Origin: Methanobacteriota archaeon
Lineage (GTDB): Archaea; Thermoplasmatota; Thermoplasmata; SG8-5; JAGLSY01
Assembly (NCBI GenBank): GCA_020696385.1
Contig: JAEHCQ010000001.1
Coordinates: forward strand, 224,001 to 288,000
DNA length: 64,000 bases
Reading direction: 5' to 3'
The notes beneath the pieces were generated by a model. It saw only the letters and a list, made by a program, of their open reading frames with translations, was not told the origin of the DNA and did not search any database. Shown here piece after piece: positions 1-9,578 of the stretch. The stretch's first letter is position 1. Each line of letters starts with the position of its first letter. The position numbers and the translations under genes are program-made.

Positions 1-337
1 CCGAGGCAACTATCTTTTCACGAAGAAGCGCTCCACCCAGACCTTTTATCAAATTAAGGTCTGGATCTATCTCATCAGCACCATCGATCGTGATATCTAT
101 GACCGGGTGGAACTCGAGGCCGACCAGGGGGATTCCCACCTCGATCGCCTGTTTTTCAGAGGCTTTGGATGTCGGGATGGCTTTAATATCGAGGCCGTCT
201 GCCACCATTTCGCCAAGCTTGTTTATGGTGTAATACGCGGTGGAGCCAGTACCGAGGCCGACCACCATTCCGTCTTTGACGAATTCAGCTGCTTTCTCTC
301 CAACCAATTTCTTTGCATCCTCTGGATCGAGTTTCAT
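1..337 (-). CDS. rpiA: Ribose-5-phosphate isomerase A (5' part, truncated by window edge)
   Basis: Manual translation from ATG at 337: [36 protein letters not shown]...[31 protein letters not shown]; GxGTGST, DGADE and [11 protein letters not shown] motifs. Absent from the ORF track. Confidence 0.95.
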   Translation of the reverse strand, partial: MKLDPEDAKKLVGEKAAEFVKDGMVVGLGTGSTAYYTINKLGEMVADGLDIKAIPTSKASEKQAIEVGIPLVGLEFHPVIDITIDGADEIDPDLNLIKGLGGALLREKIVAS

Positions 338-427
338 GGAGAAGGGGTATGTGAATGAAGTGAATATGTTTTTTGGAGGTTTATTATGTGGGGTGTGGCA
401 GTGTGGAATGGGGATTTGTTGTGTGAG

Positions 428-652
428 GTGTGGATAAGGACCCCGCCCATCGTTCTTAGTTCGAATCGCTTTGCGTCTCGAACTAATGATTTGCGAAATT
501 TACGCAAATCAGGACTCCTGGCGGGGCTTGGTTTGACCACTCGCTCTGAACGCGAGTGGATAATTCTTTTGCAGAATCATCGCTGGTCACCCACATCGCT
601 AACACATCAGGTACCCCGACCCTGCGTCTCTCGGGTCGGGGCATGCTCGCAT
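428..652 (-). repeat. Structured intergenic element, copy A (family with 41423-41551 and 48562-48737)
   Basis: Blocks shared with copy C (gtgtggataa.gaccccg.ccatcgtt; ggggctt..tttgac; gcaga..catcgctg) and with copies B/C (taccccg...cggggcatg); multiple hairpins. Confidence 0.8.
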
Positions 653-805
653 GATCATCGCCCTGTTGAGAATATGCCTTGTATGTTCTATGCCCTGGTG
701 GTACATCGCGCCCGCCAGCCAAAATAATGCAGGTATTTCCCCCACCTCGAATAATTAAAGAATGCACCCGCCCTCTAGATACGATGAGTATAAGGTGTGC
801 TCAAT

Positions 806-2131
806 TCAATAGTCCAGCAAATTCTCGGACTTCATAAACTCACGGAGAAGGGTAGTGGCATAACACCCTTTGTTCAGATCGAAATCCAATTTCAGACCTG
901 GATTTTCTGATTCCTTATCAACACTGGAAAGCCCAAGATCATTGAGTGGACAGAGTACCTCACGTCTCGTGCCCTTGGAACTCATCCTCTCCATCCTGGG
1001 TATGATGAAATCCTTCTGGCTTATCTTCTCGGCCTCGAATATCTTTAACTCAATTTCACCAGGCTGGCCCTCTGCGAATTCGGATTCGTGACCGATAAGC
1101 GGGGCACTGATGAAGGCCTTCTGCTTGCCTATGAGCTTTATAAGTTTAGGAATATTCGTATCATTGGCCGTCACCCAGTTCCTGTGATCCGGCAGACCGT
1201 ATTTATCCACCTTGAGCACCGCATCCCCTGGAACCGGCTCGTTCAGTGGTAAACCTTGAGCCATCCTCTCGCTCATGGTCTTATTGAATATGTACGATTG
1301 ATAAGCATGGATGAACATCATTAACAAGTTCTTAGGAAGTTGTTCTAATGCTCCGACATAGTCATCCGGTTGGAGTGCCAGATGATTCAGGATCGCTTTC
1401 TCAAAGCCCATGTGATCAGGATAGTAAACGAGGGCGGCTGCATAATCGCCCTCTTTTTTCAGCCTCTGCCGGGCTTCGATGGTCCCCGGGTTCTCATTGC
1501 CCACAATATCGAAAAGATACATGTCGGCCGCTTCCTTAAACTGGCCTTCTATCATGTAGCGACCTACTTTGTGGGTGATCGGCCTGACAGCTCCAAAGCG
1601 CTGTACACCGAAATAATTTGGAAAGCCACCCAGTTCCTTGAGTTGAGCAACAGCTTCTGTGGCTATACTGGTGGCCTCGTCGATCGGTTTCTCCAGATTA
1701 CGCAGAACGATCTCGAATTGATTACCAAAGAGATCGCCGATATTCACTCGCTTGTGGGTGCTGTATGCTTTTTCCACCGTGACATCTGGCATGTGCATCA
1801 TGTTCACATTCTCCAATGTGGTTTGGAAAACAAAGAGTTGGGTCGTGATAGCCCGCTTGTCCTTGGTTCCGCAGAACATGATATTCCTGCGGCTTATTCT
1901 GAGATTCTTCGCCATCTTTCTCACAAGGCGATTGGTCTCCCAGTTGCGGGATGTCACAATAGCGGCAGTGAAATGACCCTTGGCCTCCAGGGGCATGTCT
2001 GACCTTTCAATAACTCGAAAATCCTCAGCGGTCGTTCTTAGACGACCGCCAAGACCTTCGGTATTGGTATAAAAATATTCAAGGCCGATATTCTTTTCCT
2101 GGGCTCCTGCTGGCAGAATATCTGTCATCAC
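806..2131 (-). CDS. truD: tRNA pseudouridine(13) synthase TruD
   Basis: GTKDKRAITTQ, GNQFEIVLR, GFPNYFGVQRFG, HAYQSYIFN and GCYATTLLREFMK motifs. Confidence 0.96.
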   Translation of the reverse strand: MMTDILPAGAQEKNIGLEYFYTNTEGLGGRLRTTAEDFRVIERSDMPLEAKGHFTAAIVTSRNWETNRLVRKMAKNLRISRRNIMFCGTKDKRAITTQLFVFQTTLENVNMMHMPDVTVEKAYSTHKRVNIGDLFGNQFEIVLRNLEKPIDEATSIATEAVAQLKELGGFPNYFGVQRFGAVRPITHKVGRYMIEGQFKEAADMYLFDIVGNENPGTIEARQRLKKEGDYAAALVYYPDHMGFEKAILNHLALQPDDYVGALEQLPKNLLMMFIHAYQSYIFNKTMSERMAQGLPLNEPVPGDAVLKVDKYGLPDHRNWVTANDTNIPKLIKLIGKQKAFISAPLIGHESEFAEGQPGEIELKIFEAEKISQKDFIIPRMERMSSKGTRREVLCPLNDLGLSSVDKESENPGLKLDFDLNKGCYATTLLREFMKSENLLDY

Positions 2132-2400
2132 AATGCTTTCTCAAATATATCGAGAGCCTTGCCAAATTCCGCAGATAGGTTCTTCACAGCCTTCTTTATG
2201 GCGGTTTCCGGCTTGCCAGAGTTCATGGTGATGTAAATAAGTGGCTTGTCGAGAACCGGATGCCTCTGGAATACCTGAGCTGTCTTCACGTTCTTATCCT
2301 TCAGCAATTCCACTATAATGGGCTGGATCAATGTCTGGTCAGCTTCCGCGACCTCGATCTTTATGCTGTCCTTTTCCTTTTCTACGAGAATGAATTTCAT
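2128..2400 (-). CDS. rpoL: DNA-directed RNA polymerase subunit L (Rpo11)
   Basis: About 90 aa, MKFILVEKEKDSIKIEV...HP..DKP.I.I pattern; start taken at ATG 2400. Confidence 0.8.
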   Translation of the reverse strand: MKFILVEKEKDSIKIEVAEADQTLIQPIIVELLKDKNVKTAQVFQRHPVLDKPLIYITMNSGKPETAIKKAVKNLSAEFGKALDIFEKAL

Positions 2401-2492
2401 AGGAGCACCGAGTTGTCCTGATAATTTCATCTATCTTTAAGCTTTCCGTTGAAAAATGGCGGATTAAGGGTAAATCCATCATATTGACAGGA

Positions 2493-3005
2493 TCAGCTGA
2501 ATTCCCTCAACTTATCAATGGAGGCCAGTGAGTGCATCTCCACCCCGACATCAGCCAGATTCTTGGCAGCTCCCTCTTCTCGATCAACAATGACTATCGC
2601 CTTTTCCACGATGCCGCCAGCTTCCCTCACGCAATTTATTGCGTCTATCAGGCTTCCCGCGGTTGTAGCAGTGTCCTCGACAAAGATGACCTTATCACCT
2701 TTCTCGATGGTTCCTTCCACTCTTTTCTGGGTGCCGTGGCCCTTGCTGGCCTTTCTTATCATCAAATATGGTTTGCCAGTTTCCAAGGAAAGCGCGGCCG
2801 CGATGGGGACCGCGCTCAATGCCACCCCTGCTATTCGGTCTATTCCATCTGTGTACGGGGCCATGGCCTCTGCCACAGCCTTCAGGAATTCTGGCTGTGT
2901 TATCGCCACCCTCAGATCCACATAATAATCGCTCTCTCTGCCAGAAGCCAGTGTGAACTTCCCGGTCTTGAACGCGCCCAATTCAACTATCAATTTCTCA
3001 AGCAT
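2493..3005 (-). CDS. pyrE: Orotate phosphoribosyltransferase
   Basis: GKFTLASGRESDYYVDLR, RKASKGHG, PRPP motif VEDTATTAGS; SD AGGTGA before ATG 3005. Confidence 0.95.
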   Translation of the reverse strand: MLEKLIVELGAFKTGKFTLASGRESDYYVDLRVAITQPEFLKAVAEAMAPYTDGIDRIAGVALSAVPIAAALSLETGKPYLMIRKASKGHGTQKRVEGTIEKGDKVIFVEDTATTAGSLIDAINCVREAGGIVEKAIVIVDREEGAAKNLADVGVEMHSLASIDKLREFS

Positions 3006-3062
3006 TTGTATCACCTATTTTGACCATGGCGATCGATCCTGCATCGTATCTCGCAGACCCAT

Positions 3063-3629
3063 TCACCAAGGCACCTCCTTCTTTCCCATCTTGTAGCCGA
3101 TTATATTGGTCAGCCGATGCAGGATGGGTATTAGTATGACTATGAAAATAAGACCAAAGATATGATCTCCGGCAAGGTACTGGCTCTCGAACCACGAGAA
3201 CTCGAATATTAAAATGAAAATAAGGGAACCGATAAGTAGGTCATATTGGTCCATTATCGGAAATTTCGAGCCTTTTTCCTTTCCCAGTCTTCTCTTGAGA
3301 AAACTGCCAAGAAGGTCGCCCACCATTGAACCAAAAGCCAGGAAGAACAAAAGTGGAATGGCATCTCCCCATTCCCCGAAGGACCACTCTGGCTTGTCAA
3401 GAACATATAATGCCAAAATATTGAATATCGCGCCCAGTGCCATACCCGTGAGAGTGCCGCCGATCAAACCGCGCCATGTCTTGCCAGGGCCAAGTATCGG
3501 TCTCCCATCCTTGGCCATCTTGCCAAAGTCAATAGGAGTTCCACCCCCGGTAAGAACGGCTCCGGAACTGGGAGCCAGGGCTGGAAGGATAAACCATAAT
3601 GCCTGTCCGAGGATAGTAACGATTCCCAT
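3063..3629 (-). CDS. carS: CDP-archaeol synthase
   Basis: GGGTPIDFG...DGRPILGPGKTWRGL, GDLLGSFLKRRLG, DQYD, C-terminal GYKMGKKEVPW. Confidence 0.92.
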   Translation of the reverse strand: MGIVTILGQALWFILPALAPSSGAVLTGGGTPIDFGKMAKDGRPILGPGKTWRGLIGGTLTGMALGAIFNILALYVLDKPEWSFGEWGDAIPLLFFLAFGSMVGDLLGSFLKRRLGKEKGSKFPIMDQYDLLIGSLIFILIFEFSWFESQYLAGDHIFGLIFIVILIPILHRLTNIIGYKMGKKEVPW

Positions 3630-3732
3630 CAGTTGGAGAAGGTGGAACTGATAGAAAAGGTTGAGGGTGGGGTTATGCAAAATTACTTCAATAATCCTGC
3701 TATGTTCAATAGATTACCAAGGAGAAGAGCCC

Positions 3733-6700
3733 ATGAAGCAAAAATTAATGCCTTTGATATTATGTATTTTGATGATAACAGTACCACTGAGCACGATGTT
3801 GCCAGCGGTTATTTCCGAACCTACCCTTCCTGTCCCTACATTCGTTGGAGGGAACGGTACACCTGGAGATCCATTTCAAATTGCCAATGTGACACATTTG
3901 CAAGCCATGAATTCAAATCACACTGCCCATTATATTCTCATCAATGACATTGATGCCAGCGACACCTCGGGCTGGAACTGGAACAATGACCACTTCGATG
4001 GTTTCGACCCCATTGGATGGAATACTGGAGGACAGTTCCTGGGCAGTCTGGATGGACAGGGATTCTCTGTTTCAAACCTTTACATCAACAGGTCGAGCGA
4101 GTCCTATAATGGCCTTATTGGCTTGACTGGAAGTGGCGCGGTAATCCAGAATGTCAACGTAGTGGAGGCTGACATCACAGGATATGATGCCTGTGGAATG
4201 CTGGTCGGCAGGTTGAGCAGTAACACTTTCATCTACAACTGCTCCTCAGAGGGGAGTGTCACGGCAACCCGTGATGTGGGCGGTCTGGTCGGCACTACTT
4301 ATGATTCCACGATCGAAAATTCATATTCAGAAGGAACGGTCACATGCTTATTGAACTTCAATTATGCTGTAGGAGGGCTGGTTGGTGAAGCCATGGGGTC
4401 TTCGGCTTTCATATATGATTGTTACTCGACGGCGGATGTTGACGGTGGTCTGAACACTGGTGGACTTGTTGGCTACAACAACAATGCGAATATATTCAGA
4501 AGCTATAGCACAGGCCAGGCCACAGGAACTGGTAATGTCGGTGGCCTTGTGGGATTAAGTGATGCGTCACCTACGGTCAGTGACTGCTACTGGGACACCG
4601 AGACCTCAGGACTCCTGACCAGCGCCGGTGGCACGGGAAAGACAACTGCCGAGATGTACACCCAATCCACCTTCACAGGATGGGACTTCAATGTTGTTGG
4701 TGACGGAACCATCGGGAACTGGATGATGGCTGGCTACCCGCATTTGCAATTTGAGACCACTTCTGAAATTACAGACGTGGTAGAGCTGCAATTGATGGAG
4801 ATCGACCTTGGCGGGGATTATAGAATAATGAATGATATTGATGCCAGCGATACGATCCTTTGGAACAATGGCTCGGGATTTTACTCTATCGGCTCAATGA
4901 TAACATTGGGTAAGCTAAATGGACAGGGCTTTTCTGTAGATAGTTTGTTCATCAATAGGCCAGCATCTGATAATATCGGGCTCATAGCGACCCTCAGCGG
5001 TGCTGGAGCCATGGTATCGAACCTATCGCTTACAAATGCGGACATAACCGGAAACAACAATGTCGGCGGAATAGCTGGCTCCACAATAAGCAGCACTTTG
5101 GATTCATGCTTTGTAAGTGGCAGTATAAGCGGCTCGGGTAATAACCTGGGAGGCCTTATCGGAACTGCTGATGCCAGCACCATGGTGGAAGATTGCCACA
5201 CTGACATCACTGTTGCTGGTGGTTCGGGAGCCAATACAGGAGGTCTGATCGGTCAGAGTCTGGGTACAGTATCCAATTGCACAGCATCAGGCTACACATC
5301 CGGGACAGGACAAGATATTGGCGGCCTTATCGGAGAGAAGGAAGGCAATGTCACCAACTGCACATCATATGGATACACAAATTCAACCACTGCCAATGTT
5401 GGCGGCCTTATCGGTTATTCAATTTCAGGTGCGGTTACTGACTGCAATTCATTCGGTAATGTTCTGGGAGTGGCCAGTGTAGGGGGGCTTGTGGGCCATC
5501 ATAGTGGCTCGCTGACAGATTCGAATGCATATGGTGATGTAACTGGAACCAGCACGGCATTAACTTCCAGCATCGGCGGCCTTATTGGATGGATCAACCA
5601 GGCCAGCATCAGCAATTGCACAGCCCACGGGGATGTCGTGAGCGCTGGAGGCAGGTCAGGAGGGCTGATTGGGTCCAATACCTGGATAACCATCAATGGT
5701 TGCAGTGCCTACGGTGATGTGACAGCAGCTGGTAGCGAGATAGGGGGGCTTGTGGGGCAAATGGCATGGGCCAGCTCCCAGAACTCCAATGCACATGGAG
5801 ATGTCAGTGGGGCTAGCCGTGTGGGCGGACTCCTTGGCTTCAATTCCGGGACAGCTGGTGGATATACCAGACACTCCAATGCTTATGGGAATGTGACTGC
5901 TGGAGGCAAGGTTGGCGGTCTCATCGGTGAAAACCAAGAGGCCTCGATAACCAATTGTACTGCCTGGGGAATAGTGAATGGCTCAAGCAATGTAGGGGGT
6001 CTTGTAGGCTACAATAATGACGCGACGGTCAACTCATTCACCACTACCTCCAATGCCCATGGAGATGTTATCGGGACTGGCAACAATGTTGGTGGTCTGA
6101 TGGGCTATCAGAGCCATGGGGACATGACCCATTCCAATGCCTATGGAGATGTTACGACCCAGGGCAACAATGTTGGTGGGCTTGCGGGCAATTTCAATGC
6201 GAGGAATGTGAACAACTGTACGGCTCATGGAAATGTAACTGGCAGTAACAGTGTAGGGGGTCTTCTCGGCTTCCTGCCAGGATACACGCTTAGTCAATCC
6301 TCAGCCCATGGTTCTGTTACTGGTGTAAACAACACTGGAGGTCTAGTGGGTTCCAGTTCGGGGACCATCACCAGGTGTTTTACAGAGGGCAGTGTGTCCG
6401 GGAATAATTCTGTCGGAGGAATTGTCGGGACCAATGATGGCGATATTAACACGAGCTTTGCAACGGGTTCTGTATCTGGCTATTCAATGGTCGGCGGCTT
6501 TGTGGGCCTGAACTCCCTCAATGGTTTCATAGAGAACTGTTACGCGCATGGCGATGTTTCGGCCATCAATATGACCGTTGGCGGCTTCGGCGGAATGAAC
6601 GAGCTGACTGGTGGCGTCATCAATAACAGCTACAGTGTCGGAGCAGCATCTGGAGATTCATTGGTTGGCGGCTTTTTAGGAGAACCGAACGGAGATTCCA

Positions 6701-9567
6701 ACAACTGCTTCTGGGACAACCAGACATCTGGTCACACGACTGGCAACGGGGCCACAGGAATGAACACCATAGACATGATGACCCAGAGCATATTCACAGG
6801 AGCTGGCTGGGATTTCGCCACCATCTGGGGAATGTTCGAACACAGTACCTATCCGCTTTTAAGATTTTCCGGTATGTTCACACCCGTCCACAACCTGGAT
6901 ACAGGCGAGAACTTCACCACGATCCAGGAAGCGATCGACGATGCAAATACCCTGAACGGGCATACCATATTTGTTGAAGCTGGGACATATGTGGAGAACG
7001 TGGTTGTCAACAAGAAGCTGAAGATTTGGGGTGAAGACCGCGACACGACGATAATCGACGGCAACCTTGTGGACAACGCTGTTCTTATCACCGCTAACGG
7101 TACTCGGTTTTCGGGATTCCAGGTAATAAATGCAGGTGGTTTCGGTTATGGAATTTATGTCCAGGCGGACGGTTGTGAGATATATGACAATATAGCTACG
7201 GATTGCGTTGCGGGAATTTACCTGAGTTCTGAAGGTACAACGGTCACACAAAATCATCTTTACAATAATTCCTGGGTCGGCATACGCCTATGGGGTTCCA
7301 ACAATAATACAGTCTCTAATAATAACGCGTCATTTAATAGACAGGGCATCAACCTCTATTCTTCAAGTACAGAAAATAACACCATTTTAAGGAATGAATT
7401 CTTCAACAATTCAGGGAACGGGATTTATCTGGCCAATGCCAATAACAACACGTTCTATAAGAATAATGTGAGTTGGAGTAATTACTCGATCTACTTCGAC
7501 AGTGTATGCTCCGGAAACAGGTTTTATAATAACAATTTCATGGATGCGAATATAAATCACGTGAATGACCCGGCACCCGCCGGAAACTTCTACGACAATG
7601 GCCTGCCAGACGGTGGAAATTACTGGGATGATTATACCGGAGTGGATACGGATTCCGACGGCATAGGGGACACATTGGTCCCCCACCCGGTAGCCAATTA
7701 TGATCAATATCCCTGGACCAATGCCAGTGGCTGGAATGAACCCTGCGTGGCTAACAATGACACATACAACACCGACGAGGACACAGTGCTGATTGCGGTA
7801 ATACTGGAGAACGACACCGACCCTGACCCGGAAGATATTCTGGTGGTCCTTGAAATAAATGGATTGGCTACCATCGGAGTGCCGACGCTTTTGCTGTCCG
7901 GGGCTCTTTTGACCCAGGAAGCGGACGGCTCGTTCATCTATGACACGAATGGTGCATTCGATTATATGAGCGCAGGCGATCATTTCATTGACAACTACAC
8001 CTACATGATCTCGGACGAAAAGGGCAGTTTCGACAATGCGACCGTGATCGTCAATGTTACAGGCGTGAACGATCCTCCGACAGCCCAGGTCGATGGTTTC
8101 ACCACTGACCAGAACAGCAATGCAAGCGGAAATGTTCTTGCGGACAACGGAAACACTGCGGATTCCGACCTCGAAGGCGATACCCTCACGGTAAGCGAGG
8201 TCAATGGCAATGGTGCAAGTATCGGAAGCCAGACAACATTACCGTCCGGAGCCCTATTGACCCAGGAAGCAAACGGCACGTTCATCTACGATCCAAACGG
8301 GCAGTTCGATTATCTGACCGTCGGAGAGCAGGCTTCTGATACCTTCAATTATACACTCTGGGATGGTACAACGGGTAATGATATCGGGATGGTAACGATA
8401 ACTATCACCGGCCTGAATGATGCGCCGACGGCTGTCGATGATGATCCAATTGTAATAAGCGAGGATTCGGGGGCCAATCCGATCGACGTGCTGGCCAATG
8501 ATGATGACCCTGATACAAGCGATGTTCTGCTTATCACCGTGACCACACAGGGCACGAATGGAATTGTCATAATAACGGATGGCGGAACAGGCCTGACCTA
8601 CACCCCGGACGCGAATTATTTCGGCAATGACACATTCACCTACACGATTGATGACGGCAATGGACTTACGGATACAGCCAATGTTGATCTGTTGATTAGC
8701 TCGGTGAACGATGCTCCGATAATTACGACCACGAATACTGTTACGGCCAATCAGGCAGTCCCGTACAGTGTGGATTACAATGCTACAGATACTGAATTGG
8801 ATACACTGGCGTGGAGCTTGACATCCAATGCAACCTGGTTGACAATCGGAGCTACCGACGGCATACTGGCCGGAACACCGACAGGTGCAGGGATCTTCAG
8901 TGTGAATATCGAGGTCGATGACAATAATGGCGGTCTGGACTGGAGCAATTTCACCCTGACTGTAACTGGTAACACAACTCAAGCTGGTACGGACACCGAC
9001 GGCGATGGAACCCCTGATGATGAGGATGACTTCCCGAACGATGCCAATGAGACCACAGACACAGATGGAGATGGTGTGGGAGACAATGGAGACGAGTTCC
9101 CCAATGATGCCACTGAATCCTCAGATACCGACGGTGATGGCACCGGCGACAATGCGGATGCTTTCCCTGATGATGCGGCTGCCTCGGTGGATGCTGACGA
9201 TGATGGCAAGCCAGATAAGTGGAACGAAGGCTATACAGCAGATGACTCGACAACTGGCCTTGAACTGGATGATGCCGTCGATGACACAGATGATACGGAT
9301 GATACAGATGACCCGGCTGATGACGACTCCAATATCTGGCTCTATCTGATCATCATACTCATCATAGTTGGAATTGTTGGAGCCATACTCTTCATGAAAG
9401 GATCTGGCAAAAAGAGAACTGAGGACCTCATCAATGAAGGTTCTGAGTCACCAGAGGAAATAGAGGAGAGCGATCTGGAGGAAGAGGCCGATTTAGTAGA
9501 AGAAGCATCGGCTGAACCCTCTTCTTCTACTGAATCATTGGACAATGGTGAAGACCTGACAAAGTAA
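3733..9567 (+). CDS. Giant cell-surface protein: GLUG repeats, NosD-like beta-helix, VCBS/cadherin-like Ig repeats, TSP3-like Ca-binding repeats, C-terminal TM anchor
   Basis: Signal peptide MKQKLMPLILCILMITVPLS; many VGGLVG repeats; TIQEAIDDA...AGTYVENVVVNK; VTGVNDPPTA; DTDGDG repeats; TM WLYLIIILIIVGIVGAILFM plus acidic tail. Confidence 0.85.
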   Translation: MKQKLMPLILCILMITVPLSTMLPAVISEPTLPVPTFVGGNGTPGDPFQIANVTHLQAMNSNHTAHYILINDIDASDTSGWNWNNDHFDGFDPIGWNTGGQFLGSLDGQGFSVSNLYINRSSESYNGLIGLTGSGAVIQNVNVVEADITGYDACGMLVGRLSSNTFIYNCSSEGSVTATRDVGGLVGTTYDSTIENSYSEGTVTCLLNFNYAVGGLVGEAMGSSAFIYDCYSTADVDGGLNTGGLVGYNNNANIFRSYSTGQATGTGNVGGLVGLSDASPTVSDCYWDTETSGLLTSAGGTGKTTAEMYTQSTFTGWDFNVVGDGTIGNWMMAGYPHLQFETTSEITDVVELQLMEIDLGGDYRIMNDIDASDTILWNNGSGFYSIGSMITLGKLNGQGFSVDSLFINRPASDNIGLIATLSGAGAMVSNLSLTNADITGNNNVGGIAGSTISSTLDSCFVSGSISGSGNNLGGLIGTADASTMVEDCHTDITVAGGSGANTGGLIGQSLGTVSNCTASGYTSGTGQDIGGLIGEKEGNVTNCTSYGYTNSTTANVGGLIGYSISGAVTDCNSFGNVLGVASVGGLVGHHSGSLTDSNAYGDVTGTSTALTSSIGGLIGWINQASISNCTAHGDVVSAGGRSGGLIGSNTWITINGCSAYGDVTAAGSEIGGLVGQMAWASSQNSNAHGDVSGASRVGGLLGFNSGTAGGYTRHSNAYGNVTAGGKVGGLIGENQEASITNCTAWGIVNGSSNVGGLVGYNNDATVNSFTTTSNAHGDVIGTGNNVGGLMGYQSHGDMTHSNAYGDVTTQGNNVGGLAGNFNARNVNNCTAHGNVTGSNSVGGLLGFLPGYTLSQSSAHGSVTGVNNTGGLVGSSSGTITRCFTEGSVSGNNSVGGIVGTNDGDINTSFATGSVSGYSMVGGFVGLNSLNGFIENCYAHGDVSAINMTVGGFGGMNELTGGVINNSYSVGAASGDSLVGGFLGEPNGDSNNCFWDNQTSGHTTGNGATGMNTIDMMTQSIFTGAGWDFATIWGMFEHSTYPLLRFSGMFTPVHNLDTGENFTTIQEAIDDANTLNGHTIFVEAGTYVENVVVNKKLKIWGEDRDTTIIDGNLVDNAVLITANGTRFSGFQVINAGGFGYGIYVQADGCEIYDNIATDCVAGIYLSSEGTTVTQNHLYNNSWVGIRLWGSNNNTVSNNNASFNRQGINLYSSSTENNTILRNEFFNNSGNGIYLANANNNTFYKNNVSWSNYSIYFDSVCSGNRFYNNNFMDANINHVNDPAPAGNFYDNGLPDGGNYWDDYTGVDTDSDGIGDTLVPHPVANYDQYPWTNASGWNEPCVANNDTYNTDEDTVLIAVILENDTDPDPEDILVVLEINGLATIGVPTLLLSGALLTQEADGSFIYDTNGAFDYMSAGDHFIDNYTYMISDEKGSFDNATVIVNVTGVNDPPTAQVDGFTTDQNSNASGNVLADNGNTADSDLEGDTLTVSEVNGNGASIGSQTTLPSGALLTQEANGTFIYDPNGQFDYLTVGEQASDTFNYTLWDGTTGNDIGMVTITITGLNDAPTAVDDDPIVISEDSGANPIDVLANDDDPDTSDVLLITVTTQGTNGIVIITDGGTGLTYTPDANYFGNDTFTYTIDDGNGLTDTANVDLLISSVNDAPIITTTNTVTANQAVPYSVDYNATDTELDTLAWSLTSNATWLTIGATDGILAGTPTGAGIFSVNIEVDDNNGGLDWSNFTLTVTGNTTQAGTDTDGDGTPDDEDDFPNDANETTDTDGDGVGDNGDEFPNDATESSDTDGDGTGDNADAFPDDAAASVDADDDGKPDKWNEGYTADDSTTGLELDDAVDDTDDTDDTDDPADDDSNIWLYLIIILIIVGIVGAILFMKGSGKKRTEDLINEGSESPEEIEESDLEEEADLVEEASAEPSSSTESLDNGEDLTK

Positions 9568-9578
9568 GCTCAGTAAGC

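Noticed and set aside
370-430. GT-rich run with repeated TGTGG upstream of rpiA
   Set aside because: Irregular spacing and low complexity; not a CRISPR or iteron array.
428-720. Structured region as SRP RNA, RNase P RNA, 5S rRNA or hammerhead ribozyme
   Set aside because: No SRP helix-8, RNase P P4 (GAGGAAAGUCC), 5S or complete hammerhead core motifs; homologous copies elsewhere point to a repeat family.
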